NCBI GenBank assembly: GCA_038087875.1 | Contig: CM075978.1 | Location: 43,338,001-43,402,000, forward strand | Origin: Malacoraja senta | Taxonomy: Eukaryota | Direction: 5' to 3' | Length of the DNA: 64,000 nucleotides | In this document: in pieces, positions 12,937-24,600 of the stretch | How positions within the stretch are numbered: position 1 is the first letter of the stretch | How the letters are laid out: each line of letters opens with the position of its first letter | The notes under the pieces: generated by a model | What the model was told of the DNA's origin: nothing | The model's database searches: none | Seen by the model: the letters and a program-made list of their open reading frames with translations, nothing else | Position numbers and translations under genes: made by a program

Positions 12937-14097
12937 ATGAATCCGAAATTCGCAGCACTCTGCAAACCAAGTAATATACAAATTACCCAACTTACTCTTT
13001 GGAGAGATCTCGGGAGACGTATTAAAGAGTTGGAAGATGAAGCGAAAACAGGATTGATGAAGACATCAATGGTTGTGAAGTCTGTAAAGAGGAAGTATCC
13101 TTTCAGACGTCATACGGATCCTGGACCAAGTCGCTCATCAACGCAGGGACGTAGTTGGCGGCCTGCAGCGGGAGCAAGAACCAGTGGGTGTGCTTCCGGG
13201 AGAACCCAGGAATCTCAGGGTACTCAAATGACTCAAGAGGTAGGTGGACCTGGTTCTCATGGGAACATACTAACTGGATTAAGTCCAAAAGTTGGAGGCA
13301 GGTTACATTTCTTCTATAATAATTGGAAGAAAATTACTTCAGATGTGGTCATCCTGAATAATATACAAGGATTTCGAATTGAATTCAATCCAAATTATGA
13401 TTTGCCTGTTCAGCATGTTCCTAGCCGAACTCTGCACTTTGTACAAAAAGAAGTGATGGAGGTTCAGGTTGCAATTGAAACCCTATATAAAAAAGGGGTT
13501 ATTGAAAAATCAGTCTACCAAAGTCACCAATTTGTGTCAAATATATTCCCTCGATCAAAAAAGGATGCAGGATGTAGGATTCTTGTAGATTTGATAAATC
13601 TGAATCCTTTTGTGCAATTTAGACATTTTAAAATGGAAACATTTGTGACTGCCAAACAGCTTATTTCAGAAGCATGTTATATGGCAACTATAGACTTGAA
13701 AGATGCATATTATTCAGTGTCTGTTCATTCAGAAGATAGGAAGTATCTTAAATTTAAATGGATGAACCAGTTGTGGCACTTCAAAGCTCTGCCTAATGGG
13801 TTAATATCTGCACCCAGAATATTCACAAAATTGTTAAAACCAATTCTGGGCTTACTGAGTAGCCAGGGGCATGTACTAATGGCATATTTGGATGATGTCT
13901 TGATTATAGGAAAGACAAAACAGTCAACAGAAGTATATGTTGCAGTTGTGAAATCAACTTTTGAAAATTTGGGGTTTCTAATTCATCCACAGAAATCTAG
14001 GTTAACACCATGTACCTCTATTAATTATTTGGGGTTCACAATTAATTCAGTCCAAATGAATATTACTTTGCCCAGGGAAAAAGGTGGATTTGATTAA
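12937..14097 (+). pseudogene. DIRS reverse transcriptase (with C-terminal gag-like segment upstream)
   Basis: Motifs VGGRLHFFYNNW, CRILVDL, IDLKDAY, LPNGL, AYLDD, YLGF; frameshift at about 14085. Confidence 0.9.
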
Positions 14098-14761
14098 AGA
14101 TTGCAGTAATCTCCTAAACGAGCAAAAACCTTCAATTAGACAGGTGGCTCGTGTACTGGGAAAATTAGTAGCAGCATTCCCAGCAGTCCAATTCGGACCA
14201 TTACATTATCAACAGCTGCAGAGACTTAAAGAACAGGCACCGAGAATGCATGTTGGTCATTTTGATAGAACCATGCAACTAACAACAAATGCTGTTTCTG
14301 ATCTGAAGTGGTGGATTCTACATGTCTCAAGCAGTTCCAGCAAAGTGCTGATTGAACAACCTTCCATGATATTACAAACTGATGCCAGTGCACCAGGATG
14401 GGGTGCAACTGACTTAACATCTAGCTGAGGAGGCAGATGGAATCAGGAAGAGTCATTGTTACTGCAGACATGGGGAATTAACTATTTGGAGCTTCTAGGA
14501 TGTTTCTATGGGCTCCAAGCTTATTGTTCTAACACAACTAATAAGCATGTTCAAGTTCAAATTGATAACACAACAGTAGTTGTTTATATTAATGATATGG
14601 GTGGAATTAAGTCGGTGTCTTGTGACAAAATGGTTAATCAACTTTGGGCTTGGTGTATTGAAAAGAACATTTGGATTTCAGCTATCTATCTACCAGGTAG
14701 AATGAACGATAGCAGACACCAGGTCACGAAAAGTTCCATGATAATAAAGAATGGATGTTGA
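14084..14761 (+). pseudogene. DIRS RNase H
   Basis: LQTDASAPGWGA, INYLEL, IDNTTVV, YLPG motifs; internal stop at 14426-14428. Confidence 0.85.
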
Positions 14762-15135
14762 ATCAAGAGGTATTCAATGATATAGTCATCAGATTTGGAA
14801 TGACCGACATCGACTTGAATCATCAGCTATTGAGATATGTCTCATGGAAACCAGATCCAGGAGCAGTGGCGATTGATGCTTTCTCGCTACATTGGGGTGG
14901 TATGTTTTCATATATATTTCCACCTTTCTGCCTCATAAGCCAATGTTTGCTTAAAATCAGGCAAGATGCTGCTTCAAGGGTATTGGTAGTACCAGATTGG
15001 CCTACACAGCCATGGTATCCGTTGATATTAGAATTAACAACACAAATGTTGATGAAAGTCCCAAAAAAGAGTAATTTATTGCTGCACCCTGTACAGGGGA
15101 ACAACATCCATTATATGATCGTTTGGATTTGTTGA
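14755..15135 (+). pseudogene. DIRS DNA N6-adenine methyltransferase-like domain
   Basis: YVSWKPDPGAVAIDAF, YIFPPF (NPPF-like motif) and VPDWPTQPWY, typical of the MT domain downstream of RNase H in DIRS1 elements. Confidence 0.8.
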
Positions 15136-15149
15136 TTTGCAGGTTTTAA

Positions 15150-16111
15150 GAATGCCTTTTCTGGGACGAGGACTGTCTGAGCATACTGTGGACATGCTTA
15201 CGGCAGTCTGGAGGAAGAGCACTCAAAAACAGTACCTTTCTTATATTAAGAAATGGGAAGAGTTCTGGGTACAAAAGAATGTGCAATAAAGTACTGCAGA
15301 TATATCAAATGTTTAGAATTTCTGTCAAAACTTTATTATGATGAAGGTCTGAGTTGTAGTGCAATTAATTCAGCCAGAAGTGCATTGTCCTCGTATTTGG
15401 TTCTGGATTCAGAAAGAAACTCAATTGGGTCACACCCAATTGTTTCCAGACTAATGAAAGGAATCTTTAATTCCAAACCACCGAAACCTAGGTACGTGAC
15501 AATCTGGGATGTAAGTGTGGTACTGAAACTACTTCGTGATGGTCATCAAGTGTGTCTTTACCTTTGGTCAAGCTCAGTATGAAAGTATTCATGTTTATGG
15601 CATGAGTGACAGCACAATGAGTGCAAACACTTGGAGAATTACAAATAGACAGTATGGAAGTAACTGAAGACAAGGTTACATTCTATATCTATGACCTACT
15701 AAAACAAATTAGGCCAGGTGTGACAGGATTTAAAATTATGCTGGCAGCATATCCAAATGATCCATGTCTCTGTATGAAGACATATTTATTACAATACATT
15801 GAGGTCACAAAGAATTTGAGAATACGGAAACTGGGTTTTTGATCACACACAAGAAACCACACAAGAGAGTTTCAATACAGACTATCTCCAGATGGATAAA
15901 AGAAGTCTTAACAGCTGCTGGTATTAACACTTATGTTTTTACGTCTCACTCGACTAGGGCAGCAGAAATGTCGGCGGCCAGGGCAAAAGACGGCCCCGTC
16001 GACCATATCCTCGCAGCCTCGTGGTCCAATGAGTTGATGTTTCAACATTTTTACCATCGGCCTATTGTTAACGCGGGGCTGTTTGCAGAAACTATTTTAA
16101 GTTCTGTGTAA
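15150..16111 (+). pseudogene. DIRS tyrosine recombinase (frameshifted)
   Basis: INSARSALS, HPIVSRLMKGIFN, PKPRY..WDV, TISRWIK, HSTRAA (HxxR) and WS....FQHFY (catalytic Tyr), spread over several frames. Confidence 0.88.
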
Positions 16112-16625
16112 ATTCCTCTGGTTTAAAGGGGATCTGATTCATTTCATTATTGAAATGAATTACTGCATTTGTGGTACAAATGTTATTATGAATGCATGAT
16201 TGATTATTCTCGTTCCGAGTCAATCTATGCAGTGAGAAGCCGGGATTGATCCACGGCATGAAATCACAAAGCTTTAAAATCTTCACGTAGTCACTCACGT
16301 GACTCCGAAGTAAAATAGTAAGATTAAACGAGAACTTACCTAAGTTTGAAGTTTGATCTTTATTTTATGAGGAGTTACGTAGGTGATTATGTGCCCACCA
16401 CGACCCTACCCTCTATCATAAAGGTCAGATGGAAGTTCTTGTCTTACTCGTTTTAGTATGAGACTATATTACTTCGGTTGTTGTTTTTTGTGATTTCACA
16501 CCGCTGCTTTGTAGATTGACGCGCAGGCGCACTGGCGGGGTTCTTCACGTAATCACCTACGTAACTCCTCATAAAATAAAGATCAAACTTCAAACTTAGG
16601 TAAGTTCTCGTTTAATCTTACTATT

Positions 16626-16855
16626 CTTGCTGCAGCTTAACAGATCCAGAATCAAAATAATACACAGATAATATATAATAATCAATATTTGTTGTGTTCA
16701 AGTGCCCGATGATGGTTGGGAAGAAGCTGATCTTGAACCTTATGGTCAAGGTTTCCAGACTCCTGCACCTTGTCCCTGCTGATAGTTGCAAAATGAGAGC
16801 ATGGCTAGGGTGGTGTAGATTGTTCATGATATTGGCTGCCCTTTTAAGACAGCAC
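16626..16855 (-). mobile_element. Rex1/Babar LINE 3' fragment whose tail was split by the DIRS insertion
   Basis: LKRAANIM..HHPSH..GTRCRSL; the tail continues at 11825-11849 on the other side of the DIRS. Confidence 0.7.
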
Positions 16856-17110
16856 CATGGTATAAGAAAGATGTCAAGCTGGAAAGGGTGCAGAGAAGAT
16901 TTACTAGGATGTTTCCAGGACTCGAGGGCCTGAGTTCTAGGGAGAGGTTGAGCAGGCGAGGATTTTATTCCTTGGAGAGTAAAAAGAGGAGGGGTGATCT
17001 TATAGAGGTGCGCAGAATCATGAGAGGAATAGATCGGGTAGATTAGAGGAATCAAGTACCAGAGGACATGGGTTTAAGGTGAGGGAGGGAAAGATTTAAG
17101 AGGAACATAC
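16855..17110 (+). mobile_element. CR1 LINE fragment
   Basis: Similar to 32550-32810. Confidence 0.7.
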
Positions 17111-18717
17111 CAGAGGAGGTAAACATCTGGTTCAGTGTGAGGGGAAAAAAAGCACAGAACAGTCATCAATTAACTGAAGAAACTTAAACAGGACTGAACC
17201 CCAGATGAATTCCCATAGTTACGATTCGGAGTGAGTGAATGGAATTAAAGAAAAATGTTTTCAATGACAGAATATTCAACCAGATGAAGCAGATGGAGGC
17301 AGATGAAAATTGGTTGGGGAATTTCACATAATGAAAGAAGTTAGTGATGCCAGTATTTTGCTGCCCGTGGTGAAAATTAGCCTGTTGTGACCAGAAAGTT
17401 GGAAATTGGACCAGAGTGCCAGTAATGTCACAGATGGAGGTGTGAATTGACTTGGCAAACAGAGAAAGTATATATTTATGATAGGGAGGAATTGTCTGAA
17501 GTGAGGTGACCACCAGGAAATCCAGCTTGTGGATCTTGGAGATGAGATGGAAGTGGACTGTGCATGATTGTATGACTATTATTTTAGAGGCTCTAGAGTG
17601 ATGATTTCCAGAGGAAATGAGTTACAGTCTCTCTGAACTCTGTCATCTTACTTCAGACACTCTTTCCACTCCTCTTTCATCGTACCTTAACATTTTTGGT
17701 TTTCTAACCTTCCATGTTCAGTTTTGGATCATCTACCTAAAATATGAACTTTTTTTCCTTCTTTGTCTAACTACTTCCATCATTTAAAGACACAGTGCTG
17801 GGGTAACTCAGCAGTCAGGCAGCATCTCTGGAGAACAAGAATAGGTGATGTTTTGGGTCAGGACCCTTCAGAGCCTGAAGAAGGGTACCAACTGAAACCT
17901 CATTTAGCCATGCTCTCCAGGGAGGTTGCATGACCTACTGAGATCCAGCACCAGCATCTGCAATTCCTTGTATCTACTTCCATCACTTTCTGTATTCTTC
18001 CACAGAGTTACTGTAGTCTTAACAAATATAACCAACTTATTTGATGATCAGTTGTACGATATATGTTTAGTTTGAAAATGTTATGAGGTGAAATTGAATT
18101 GTTTGAATTGTTAACATTACAACTTGGATAAATGCCATTTGGCTCATCAAACCTATGATGGTATTTCTTCATCTTATTGGAGCAGATCTTGATTGTCTAC
18201 TCCTCCCAAGAATCTGGCCTTATATTTGCATGGTGTGGATGTAGAGGGCCATTTTTATGGCCCAGAGTATCCTACATTGCAGCCGTAACAGGATCTCCAA
18301 TGGAACATTGAGTAAGCAGAACTTGTGAACCAGCCGCTGTCAGCTAACATAATCCTACCCTCGGTTGCAAAGATTGATTAATTGTTTTAAATGTCCCTGG
18401 CATGGAGACATTTAAATGCTATTATAATGTAAATTATTTTAAAAATAAGATAAAATGCATAAATAATTAAAGACATACTTATGTGAAGTAATTTGAAAAA
18501 TGAATTTTCTATCCCTGTAACTCATAATCTACTGCCCTTTTGTAATAAAATGGATCTTGTATCTTGCACTGCCCACAACACGATATCCCAACGTAAATGA
18601 AAGGCATTTGAAGTTGAAACAAAGAACTGCAGATGCTGATTAATACACAAAATGATACTCAGAAGATCAGGCAGCATCTCTGGAGAACATGGATGATTGA
18701 ATAATGTTTTGAATAAA

Positions 18718-19400
18718 TTTTATTAGCCAAGTATGTATCACAAGTAACATCACGATATGTTACCTGGTCACAAGTAACATCACGATATGTTACCTGGTCA
18801 CAAGTAACATCACGATATAGAGTAGACAATTAAAAATAAAACATTATAATTTAAACATGTGAAGAATGAAATGAAATACCAGAGCAAAAGGAGGCTACAG
18901 ACTTTTGGCTGTTGTGTCGAGCTACTGCTCATGGAAAAAAGCTGTTTTTATGTCTGGCTGTGTCAGCTTTAACAGTCCGGAGTCACCTTCCAGAGGAAAG
19001 TGCTTCAAAAAGTTTGTGGCCAGGGTGAGAGGGGTCAGAGATGATCTTACCTGCTCGCTTCCTGGCCCTTGCAGTGTATAGTTCATTGATAGGGGGGAAG
19101 GTTGCAGCCAACAACCTTCTCGGCTGATCGGACGATTCGCTGCAGCCTCTGGATGTCATGCTTGGTGGCTGAGCCAAACCAGACGATGATGGAGAAGGTG
19201 AGGACAGACTCTATGATGGCAGTATAAAACTGGACCATCATTGCTGTGGCAGATTGTATTTTCCCAGCTGCCGCAGGAAGTACATCCTCTGTTGGGCCTT
19301 TTTGACTGTGGAGTCGATGGTGGCCTCCCATTTCAGGTCCCTGAAGATGATGGTTCCAATGACTCCACAGATATGACTGTGGTGTTGTTGATGGTGAGTG
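18718..19400 (-). mobile_element. Rex1/Babar LINE 3' fragment
   Basis: KKAQQRMYFLRQL, FYTAIIESVLT, IISDPSHPGH motifs. Confidence 0.8.
18738..18817. repeat. 30-bp tandem repeat, about 2.7 copies
   Basis: Unit TCACAAGTAACATCACGATATGTTACCTGG; each unit contains the inverted pair GTAACAT/ATGTTAC. Confidence 0.9.
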
Positions 19401-19673
19401 GGTGGAGGGGAGGGGAAGCTCTCTGAAAGATGATGCGGCTTAACCTGAGTTACTCCAGCATATTGTGTCATTTTGTGCATCTCAGTAAAACTAAGCTGCA
19501 CAACTGGGACTTCTGCATTTGGCAGTGCAAGTACAGGTATCGTTTGTCCAAATTGCTAATGACTAGCAGGTCTGATCAAATATAACATTAAAATGATCCA
19601 TGCACAGATCAAGTGTGCCATTTGACCTTAATATGCTTTGACTGCATTTTTTGTGTTTGTTTATACGTATAAT

Positions 19674-20790
19674 TAGAGCCAGGATGTTTAGGCGCTAAAA
19701 ATCTCTGAAATAGGCAGGCAAAAAGGCATAATAAAATTACAAAATAGGCATTGACAAAAAAAGGCATAAAAGGCATTTATTTCCACCACCAAAATATGGT
19801 TAAAAATGATAATTATAAAGGTATACTACATTAAATGACTAAAGTTGCCTAGTTGCACATAACTACCAGCATTTTTTCAAACTTCATCTCTAACTACCAA
19901 ATTATCTGGTGTTAAACTATGCTGTCTGTCAGACAGAATATGCTACAGTTGTGAAAAACTTCTTTCTACCCCAGCTGAGGTCCTGAAACAAGTTACAAAC
20001 TCTACATTCATGTCGATATCTTGTGCATTATAACTACCTTTTATTTAGTCATGTTTTGTATTTCTTCAAGATAAAATCACCCTCTCACATTTTTCTTGTA
20101 TGTCTTTACCTGCATCGCCAGGAGCTTTAAGTACAAAGTACAGCAAGTGAAGATGTAAACAACTGAGCAATAGTTGAGCTCTTTGACTTTTCCAATACTT
20201 CCAATGTCAAGAAATACTCCTTTGATGGTTGACCTGCCTCCAGTGTACCAATGACCACGTTGGCAACATATCTCCCCACAGCATCAGTTGTCTCGTCTAT
20301 TGAGATCCATATTTTGTTGCAGGCAACTTCATCTCTAATTTTCTGCACAACAATGTTGAAGTTACTGTCAACATAATTTTTCCGTAATGATGACTCGCTT
20401 GGTATATGTTCCTCTGTGTATTTCCCTAAAAAACCTCTGAGAGATTTGTTTTCCAATTTCCACAGTGGAATTCCAACATCAATGAATGCGTTGCACAGAT
20501 CACTTGATAACTCAGATTTGCGACTGGAGCCAGCAGTAACTGGTGTGAGGAGACAAGCTTGCGTATTTCCTACTTTCAGTTTCTCTGCCGCCGACTTGTG
20601 TTTAGCTGTCTGTACATGCTGGGAGACTAAATATTTATTCTCATGATTCACTGCTTTCTCACATGTTTTGCAAAACAGCACACTGTTGTCTGCAGAGAAT
20701 ATATCACTCCCGTACACTCTCACCAAATCGTTCCATTTTTTACAAGGCGTTGACTTCGCGTTAGGCATTTTGACAGTTGCAGGGGTAGAT
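19674..20790 (-). mobile_element. hAT-superfamily transposon remnant, CGGBP1-like transposase, internally deleted and truncated at its 5' end
   Basis: ATG at 20768; zinc finger FCKTC...HVQTAKH; IPLWKL and ISIDETTD (first catalytic Asp); hAT dimerization motif SAGVERSFSQL at about 19950-19980; terminus TAGAGCCAGGATG followed by AAA(T/A)AGGCA subterminal repeats at 19705-19775. Confidence 0.85.
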
Positions 20791-20799
20791 CCTACAGGA

Positions 20800-21050
20800 G
20801 CGAGGATGCAGACCTTTACAGGCAGGCCAAGTACAAGCTGAGAAGATGAATCAGAGCTGCCAAGGAAGGTACTTTGAGAAGTTGAGGAGCAAGTTATCAG
20901 CAAATGTCTCTTCAGTGTGGAAGGGCTTGCAAGAAATCACAAGCTACAAGAGGAAACCCCCCCGCTCCTTAGACAATCGTCAGCTGACCAACGACGTGAA
21001 GGAGTTATACTGCAGGTTCGATAAACAGAAACTTAACCATGGTATCCCCG
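20800..21050 (+). mobile_element. Rex1/Babar LINE internal fragment
   Basis: EKLRSKLSAN..VWKGLQEITSYK...LYCRFD resembles the region between endonuclease and RT. Confidence 0.6.
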
Positions 21051-21249
21051 CACCCCATCCCCAACCAACACTTCACACCTACTCACAGCTTGACTCCAGT
21101 TTGAAAAGACTGGACCCTTCCCCACCTACTCCTCCCCAATCACCACTTCACACCTACTTAAAGCATGACCAGTTTGCAAAGACTGGACCCTTTCCCACGC
21201 ACCCCTGTCCAATCACCACTTAACACCCACTTACAGCCGGGTTTCGCCT

Positions 21250-21675
21250 CTAGTGTGTCCAAGCCCTTAACAATCTTATATGTTTCAATGAGAAATCTCC
21301 TCTCATCCTTCTAAACTCCAGAGTGTACAAGCCCAGCTGCTCCATTCTCTCAGCATATGACAGTCCCGCCATCCTGGGAATTAACCTTGTAAACCTACGC
21401 TGCACTCCCTCAATAGCAAGAATGCCCTTCCTCAAATTAGGGGACCAAAACTGCACACAATACTCCAGGTGTGGTCTCACTAGGGCTCTGTACAATTGCA
21501 GAAGGACATCTTTGCTCCTATATTCGATTCCTCTTGTTATAAAGGCCAACATGCCATTCGCTTTCTTCACTGCCTGCTGTACCTGCATGCTTACTTTCAT
21601 AGACTGATGTACAAGGACCCCCAGATCCTGTTCAATTTCCCCTTTTCCCAACTTTACGCCATTTAGATAGTATGC
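21250..21675 (-). mobile_element. CR1 LINE fragment
   Basis: VKKANGMLAFI...LVRPHLEYCVQFWSP. Confidence 0.85.
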
Positions 21676-21681
21676 TGATGT

Positions 21682-24600
21682 AATAGTAAGATTAAACGAG
21701 AACTTACCAGTTTGAAGTTTGATCTATATTTTATGAGGAGTTACGTGGAGCGATTACGTGAAGAAGACCGTCAGCCCGCATGCGCGTCAATCTTCAAAGC
21801 TGCGGTGTGAAATCACAGATAACAGTTGTTGAACTGAACATGGTAAGATTTAGAGAAGACTAGAACTACCAGATTATCTTTATGATACGTGGGTCGGGAG
21901 TGGTGGGCACGTAATCGCTCATCGTAGCTCCTCATAAAATAAAGATCAAACTTCAAACTGGTAAGTTCTCGTTTAATCTTACTATTTTACTTCGGAGTCA
22001 CGTGAGTGACTACGTGAAGATTTTAAAGCTCTGTGATTTCATGCCGTGAACACGAGTGCACACAACACAACTGCATCAGTTGACCACAGATGATTGAACA
22101 TTAAAAAAGCATTCAGACATGACATAGATTGAAACATGCTGATGTTTATAAATGTACAAAAAATAATAATAGTAATCCCTTTCATCCAGGAGGAAACTAT
22201 AAAACAGAACCTAAAATAGGGTGGCAAATACCCTCGGTCTGGCAATGGGTTAGTTGTCAAATGATGGGAAAGGTTTGTTTGATAGACCATCCTGCAGCTG
22301 CTAGGATGTGGTCCAGCGGAACGTCCATAACCCTAGCTGCTGATGTTGTTGCAGCCCTGGTGGAGTGAGATTGAGATTGCCAGTGATCACTCCTGAACAA
22401 GCCAGACCCCGTCTTAACCACCTGGAGGTGGTCTGTACTGATACCTTTTTATGAGGTTTTATGTAACTAACAAACATAGCTAGTTCAGAGCCTCTAAGGC
22501 TCTTGGTGACCTTAACAAACTGTTGTAGATGTGTGACAACACATAACCGAAGGTCCATAGGGTATGCCAACCTCTAGTTTGAAACCTGATGCCCCTGGTC
22601 TGCTCTGCTTGCTAAGTCATAACATAAAATGTTATAGTCTACAGATGTAACCATCTTGTCCGTCGTAGCTTATGCAATGACTGGATCCGTTGCGCTGTAA
22701 CCAGCGCCATGAGCATAACCTCTTTGTAAGTGAGTTTGACCAAGGACAGGGATGTAGTTGGAGCCCATCAGCAAAGCAGCATCAGCACAATGTCAACATC
22801 CCATATCTCGGAGTCCCTGGGCCTGGGAGATTTTAAGTTGAAGATACGTTTCATAAATCTGACTATCAGTGGGTGAGATCCGACAGAGTGATGTCCCAAT
22901 CCCAGCAACAAGTATGACGACAAGGCACTACTGGCACAAACTCTATCCCTCATCAAAATTAGTTTAGAGAGGAATTGCAAAAACATCTGTTATACGTGTC
23001 GTGTCATACGTATGTTGGACTGTAAACAGAACAGTTCCCACTAATGATATGGGGGATGTACAATTTCTTGGTACTATCTCTCCAGGCCTCAGTGATCATG
23101 ACCAACGTACGACCTGACAGTCCGAGCCCTAGGTAAGGTCTTCTCAGACTCTGAATCAAAGATTTGATTCGATCATGCAGTGGATGGTCCTCCCCAGTCA
23201 CGGGGTGAACCAGCAGATTTTCTAAAAGGCTCTGTTCTAATTCCCAACATGAGTGGGAATCATGGCTGCGTAGATCAGTCAGGCATTTCCAAAATGCTTG
23301 AGGCGGAGTCTTGCTGGTTTTTAGCAAGCACCGACTGATGAGGCAAAGTGGAGGGAATGTATAAAAGACATTCCTCCCTAGCGGGTGAGAATGCATCTAC
23401 CGCTACTGCCCCTGGGTCTACACACTTAGGTAACTGGTGATTGAGTTGAGCTGTGAACAAATCGATATTATCTTTTTGGTTTTAGTTCATGGAGGAAAAT
23501 AACGAGACCTACTTACCAGTGTCTCTAACTCCAGACCCTTACCTTTGCTAGAGTTTCAGCGAAGTTTCATTCACAGACTCTGTCCACATGTTTGTCATTT
23601 CCATTAGATAGCTGATGCTGCGCCAACTTCTCTTGTAGTGGCTATTCCGTCCCCGACGGAGCAGCAATTTTAGAGACAAAGCACACCGCATCCCCTAATG
23701 CGATTGTGGTACATTATGCATTAAGCATGGGATCCCGGCACATAGTCATATTCGGGTTCCTGTTTGGAGGTAATCCATACTAACCTTTGACACTCTTTTA
23801 GAGTGGGAGTAATTGCACCTGAACCAGGTGTACCATCCATATCCTCAAATTGTCTGTGCATGCTTCTGCACCAAGCATGTTTTGCGACACCATCTCCCAT
23901 AGTCTTTTGGATGGGAGGTACCGCAAACGTTGAACCAAGGCAGCTGCAGGCATGTGACTTGAACTGCCTGTGTAGGCATCCGTGACATGAGGCATAATAT
24001 ACATGGCTCCATCTTCATCCATCTGAATGGGAGGACTTATGCAACCTGAACCAGGAGCTGCCTCGACCATCTTCATCCTTCATACATCCGAATGGGAGGA
24101 CTTATGCAACCTGAACCAGGAGCTGCCTCAGGCATGTGTGCATGTATTTTAGCACCATCTCCACCACTACGTTGAACCGAGTGGGAGGAATTGCAACCCT
24201 GAACCAGGTGTCGCTTCAGGCACATGTGCACTCTTCTGTAGCACCCTCTACCACTCCGCTCATTTGAGTGGGAGGAAATTTGCAAACCTGAACCAGGAGC
24301 TGCTGCCTGACATGCCTTAGGATGGAGCATTCTTTGACTGCGACGAGTCACAATCTTGTCTGACATAGATGCCCAAGACTTGGCACTCACTCTGAGTTGG
24401 GGTTGTCAGGTTGCTTCCTTCAGCAGCCGCCAGGACTAGCTGTGCAAATCGATGCTCTGTTGGTATCTTCATTTACCAAACAGGCTGCACGTGCTAGTGA
24501 CTCCGAGTCCTGCTCCTTTCCGATGTCGATGCAGTCTACAGGCAAGGACTGGAGCGCCTCTGACCCCCGTACGCCAGACATAGAGAGAGAAATGCTGGAA

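Larger units (their letters stand above)
11847..16625 (+). mobile_element. DIRS1-type tyrosine-recombinase retrotransposon, full-length structure with decayed ORFs
   Basis: Left ITR 11847-11908; internal complementary region (ICR) 16280-16389 complementary to both ends; right ITR plus extension 16517-16625; ATT at both junctions; gag-like, RT, RNase H, MT and YR remnants in the expected order. Confidence 0.95.

Noticed and set aside
23801-24308. CRISPR array
   Set aside because: Eukaryotic context, no cas genes, degenerate repeats, and spacers of variable length that resemble one another.
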